From Stegostoma tigrinum (lineage: Eukaryota): a DNA stretch of 64,000 nucleotides. The notes beneath the pieces were generated by a model. It ran no database searches. It saw nothing but the letters and a program-made list of their open reading frames with translations, and had not been told where the DNA came from. The stretch's first letter is position 1, and every line of letters starts with the position of its first letter. Made by a program: the position numbers and the translations under genes. Shown one piece after another: positions 61,601 through 64,000 of the stretch. The stretch lies in the NCBI RefSeq assembly GCF_030684315.1, contig NC_081396.1:992001-1056000 (forward strand). The letters run 5' to 3'.

Positions 61601-61915
61601 CTAGGACCCGTGGGCACAGCCTTAAAATTCGAAGGGGTAAATTTAAAACTGAAATGAGACGACATTTCTTCAGCCAGAGAGTGGTGGACTTGTGGAATTC
61701 ATTGCTGCAGAGTGCAGCGGAGGCCGGGACGTTGGATGCCTTCAAGGCAGAGATCGACAAATTCTTGATCTCAGAAGGAATCAAGGGCTGTGGGGAGAGT
61801 GCAGGGAGGTGGAGTTGAAATGCCCATCAGCCATGATTTAAATGGCGGAGTGGACCTGATGGGCCGAATGGCCTTACTTCCACTCCTATGTCTTCTCGTC
61901 TTATGGTCTTATGGT
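58602..61915 (+). mobile_element. CR1 LINE, 5'-truncated in ORF1, degenerate ORF2
   Basis: ORF1 end GLLPKPR..VNTWLRDWC..; APE motifs ITETW and GDFN; RT motifs with stops and frameshifts; (CTTATGG) tail. Confidence 0.94.
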
Positions 61916-62187
61916 TCTTCTAGTTGGAAGTGTCTATTGGCTCAGAACGTGCTGTCATTTTTCCCTTTGTTAACTTCTCAACTGTGAAATATGAAGGCAT
62001 GTTTGACAAATCTTCCAACAATGTCATCTCAAAATGGAAGTTTGAAAAAAAAACACAAATGACGTTGATCAATTTTTATCCGACCTCCACCTTCATGTCA
62101 CAATAAGTGCACAACACTACTGAAATAAACAGCGGCGTCCACACCTTGCAATGTGCAAATAGCCAGCATAGGAAATTCAGTTGTTAT

Positions 62188-63521
62188 ATAGAACATGGAA
62201 CATAGAACATAGAACATTACAACACAGTACAGACCCTTTGGCCCTCGATGTTGTGCCGACCTGTCATACCGATCTGAAGCCCATCTAACCTACACTATTC
62301 CATGTACGTCCATATGCTTATCCAATGACGACTTAAATGTACCTAAAGTTGGAGAATCTACTACCCTTGCAGGCAAAGCGTTCCATTTCCTTCCTACTCT
62401 CTGAGAAAGAAACCACTTCTGACATCTGTCCTATATCTTTCACCCCTCAATTTAAAGCTATGCCCCCTTGTGCTCGCTGTCAGCATCCTCGGTAAAAGGC
62501 TCTCCCTGTCCACCCTATCTAACCCTCTGATTATTTTATATGTCTCAATTAAGTCACCTCTCAACGTTCTTCTCTCTAATGAAAACAGCCTCAAGTCCCT
62601 CAGCCTTTCCTCGTAAGACCTTCCCTCCATGCCAGGCAACATCCGAGCAAATCGCCTCTGCACCCTTTCCAAAGCTTCCACATCCTTCTTATAATGCGTT
62701 GACCAGAACTGTACGCAATACTCCAAGTGCGGCCGCACCAGAGTTTTGTACAGCTGTAGCATAACCTCTTGGTTCCAGAACTCGATCCTTCTATTAATAA
62801 AAGCTAAAACACTGTATGCCTTCTTAACAGCCCTGTCAACCTGGGTGGCAACTTTCAAGGATCTGTGTACATGGACACCGAGATCTCTCTGCTCATCTAC
62901 ACTACCAAGAATCTTACCATTAGTCCAGTACTTTGCCTTCCGGTTACTCCTACCAAAGTGCATCGCCTCAAGCTTGTCTGCATTAAACTCCATTTGCCAC
63001 CTCTCAGCCCAGCTCTGCAGCTTATCTATGTCCCTCTGCAACCTACAGCATCCTTCGTCACTATCCACAACTCCACCGACCTTAGTGTCATCTGCAAATT
63101 TACCCACCCATCCTCCAGGTCATTTATAAAAATGACAACAGCAGTGGACCCAACACCGACCTTTGTGGTACACCACTAGTAACTGATCTCCAGGATGAAC
63201 ATTTCCCATCAACTACCACCCTCTGTCTTCTTTCAGCAAGCCAATTTCTGATCCAAACTGTTATATCTCCGACAATCCCATTCCTCCGCATTTTGTATAA
63301 TAGCCTACTGTGGGGAACCTTATCGAACGCGTTGCTGAAATCCATATACACCACATCAACCGGTTTACTCTCATCTACCTGTTTGGTCACCTTCTCAAAG
63401 AACTCAATAAGGTTTGTGAGGCACGACCTTCCCTTCACAAAACCGTGCTGACTATTCCTCATCAATTTATTCTTTTCTAGATGATTATAAATCCTATCAC
63501 TTATAACCTTTTCCAACACTT
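62188..63521 (-). mobile_element. CR1 LINE 3' part (related to the 12-15 kb subfamily)
   Basis: (GTTCTAT)n tail; QHGFVKGRSCLTNLIEFF, FADDTKVGG and VRPHLEYCVQFW, with frameshifts. Confidence 0.93.
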
Positions 63522-64000
63522 TGTATCAGGTTGCCCAACTTCAAGGGCCAAATGCTCGAAAGATGTATGATGAAAACCTGACAGGGTAAATGGGGAATAG
63601 TCCCCACCCATCACCAACCCCACCCCGTTGAAGTGGAATACATAGTCAGGTAGATGCAAAGAAGCATTGCGTCAACAGAAGAAACTGAGCTTATCAACGT
63701 ATTTGTGATCGGGACTGTGCTTTAAGTATGTTCAAAGCTGAAACAGGTATAGCAAAGATACACAGCCTGGATTGTCTGGAGCATCGAAGATTCAGAGAAA
63801 ATGAACGGAATCATATTCGACCCTGAGGGGAGTTGATCAGGAATATCTGGAAAGCATGTTTCCTCTTGTGGAACAGCGAAGAATTAGGAGCTGGAGGTTA
63901 AAAATTGGGCAGCACCAATTAGTCTCAGCAATGCGGAGGTTTTTTTTTAAAATACAGTGGGCGGTGAGTTTTTTGAATTTTTTTTATGTTAAGGTCGTGG

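Noticed and set aside
57103-64000. Possible IgH cluster (D, J, C) after the IgH-like V
   Set aside because: I found no 12-RSS-flanked D, no WGxG/FGxG J and no C exon by eye; the region is cassette spacer, a SINE and CR1s.

Overview
This is vertebrate genomic DNA from the variable-gene array of a cartilaginous-fish (shark-like) T-cell receptor alpha/delta locus. The lineage call rests on shark-type V sequences, HE1/V-SINE-like elements and CR1 LINEs. Five apparently functional TCR alpha/delta V genes lie on + at about 0.65, 8.7, 25.5, 44.2 and 51.9 kb, each with a leader exon, a short GT-AG intron, a V exon and a 23-bp-spacer RSS. There are also several pseudogenes of that family and many much older V relics of other families, several of them inverted. 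At 56.6-57.1 kb sits an intact immunoglobulin-heavy-chain-like V gene with a perfect 23-RSS in the same orientation as the TCR Vs and no adjacent D/J, matching a TAILV/IgHV-in-TCR segment. The array was built by tandem duplication of multi-kb cassettes and shows a microsatellite-bounded inversion, an apparent gene-conversion tract, a V-exon deletion and a recurring, uniformly oriented CTCF-like motif. Mobile elements include a young CR1 LINE with an uninterrupted ORF2 and a canonical -1 slippery site at the ORF1/ORF2 junction, degenerate CR1 and Rex1/Babar fragments, SINEs and palindromic repeats with decayed hammerhead-like cores. I recognised no D, J or C segments. All coordinates and alignments were read by eye.
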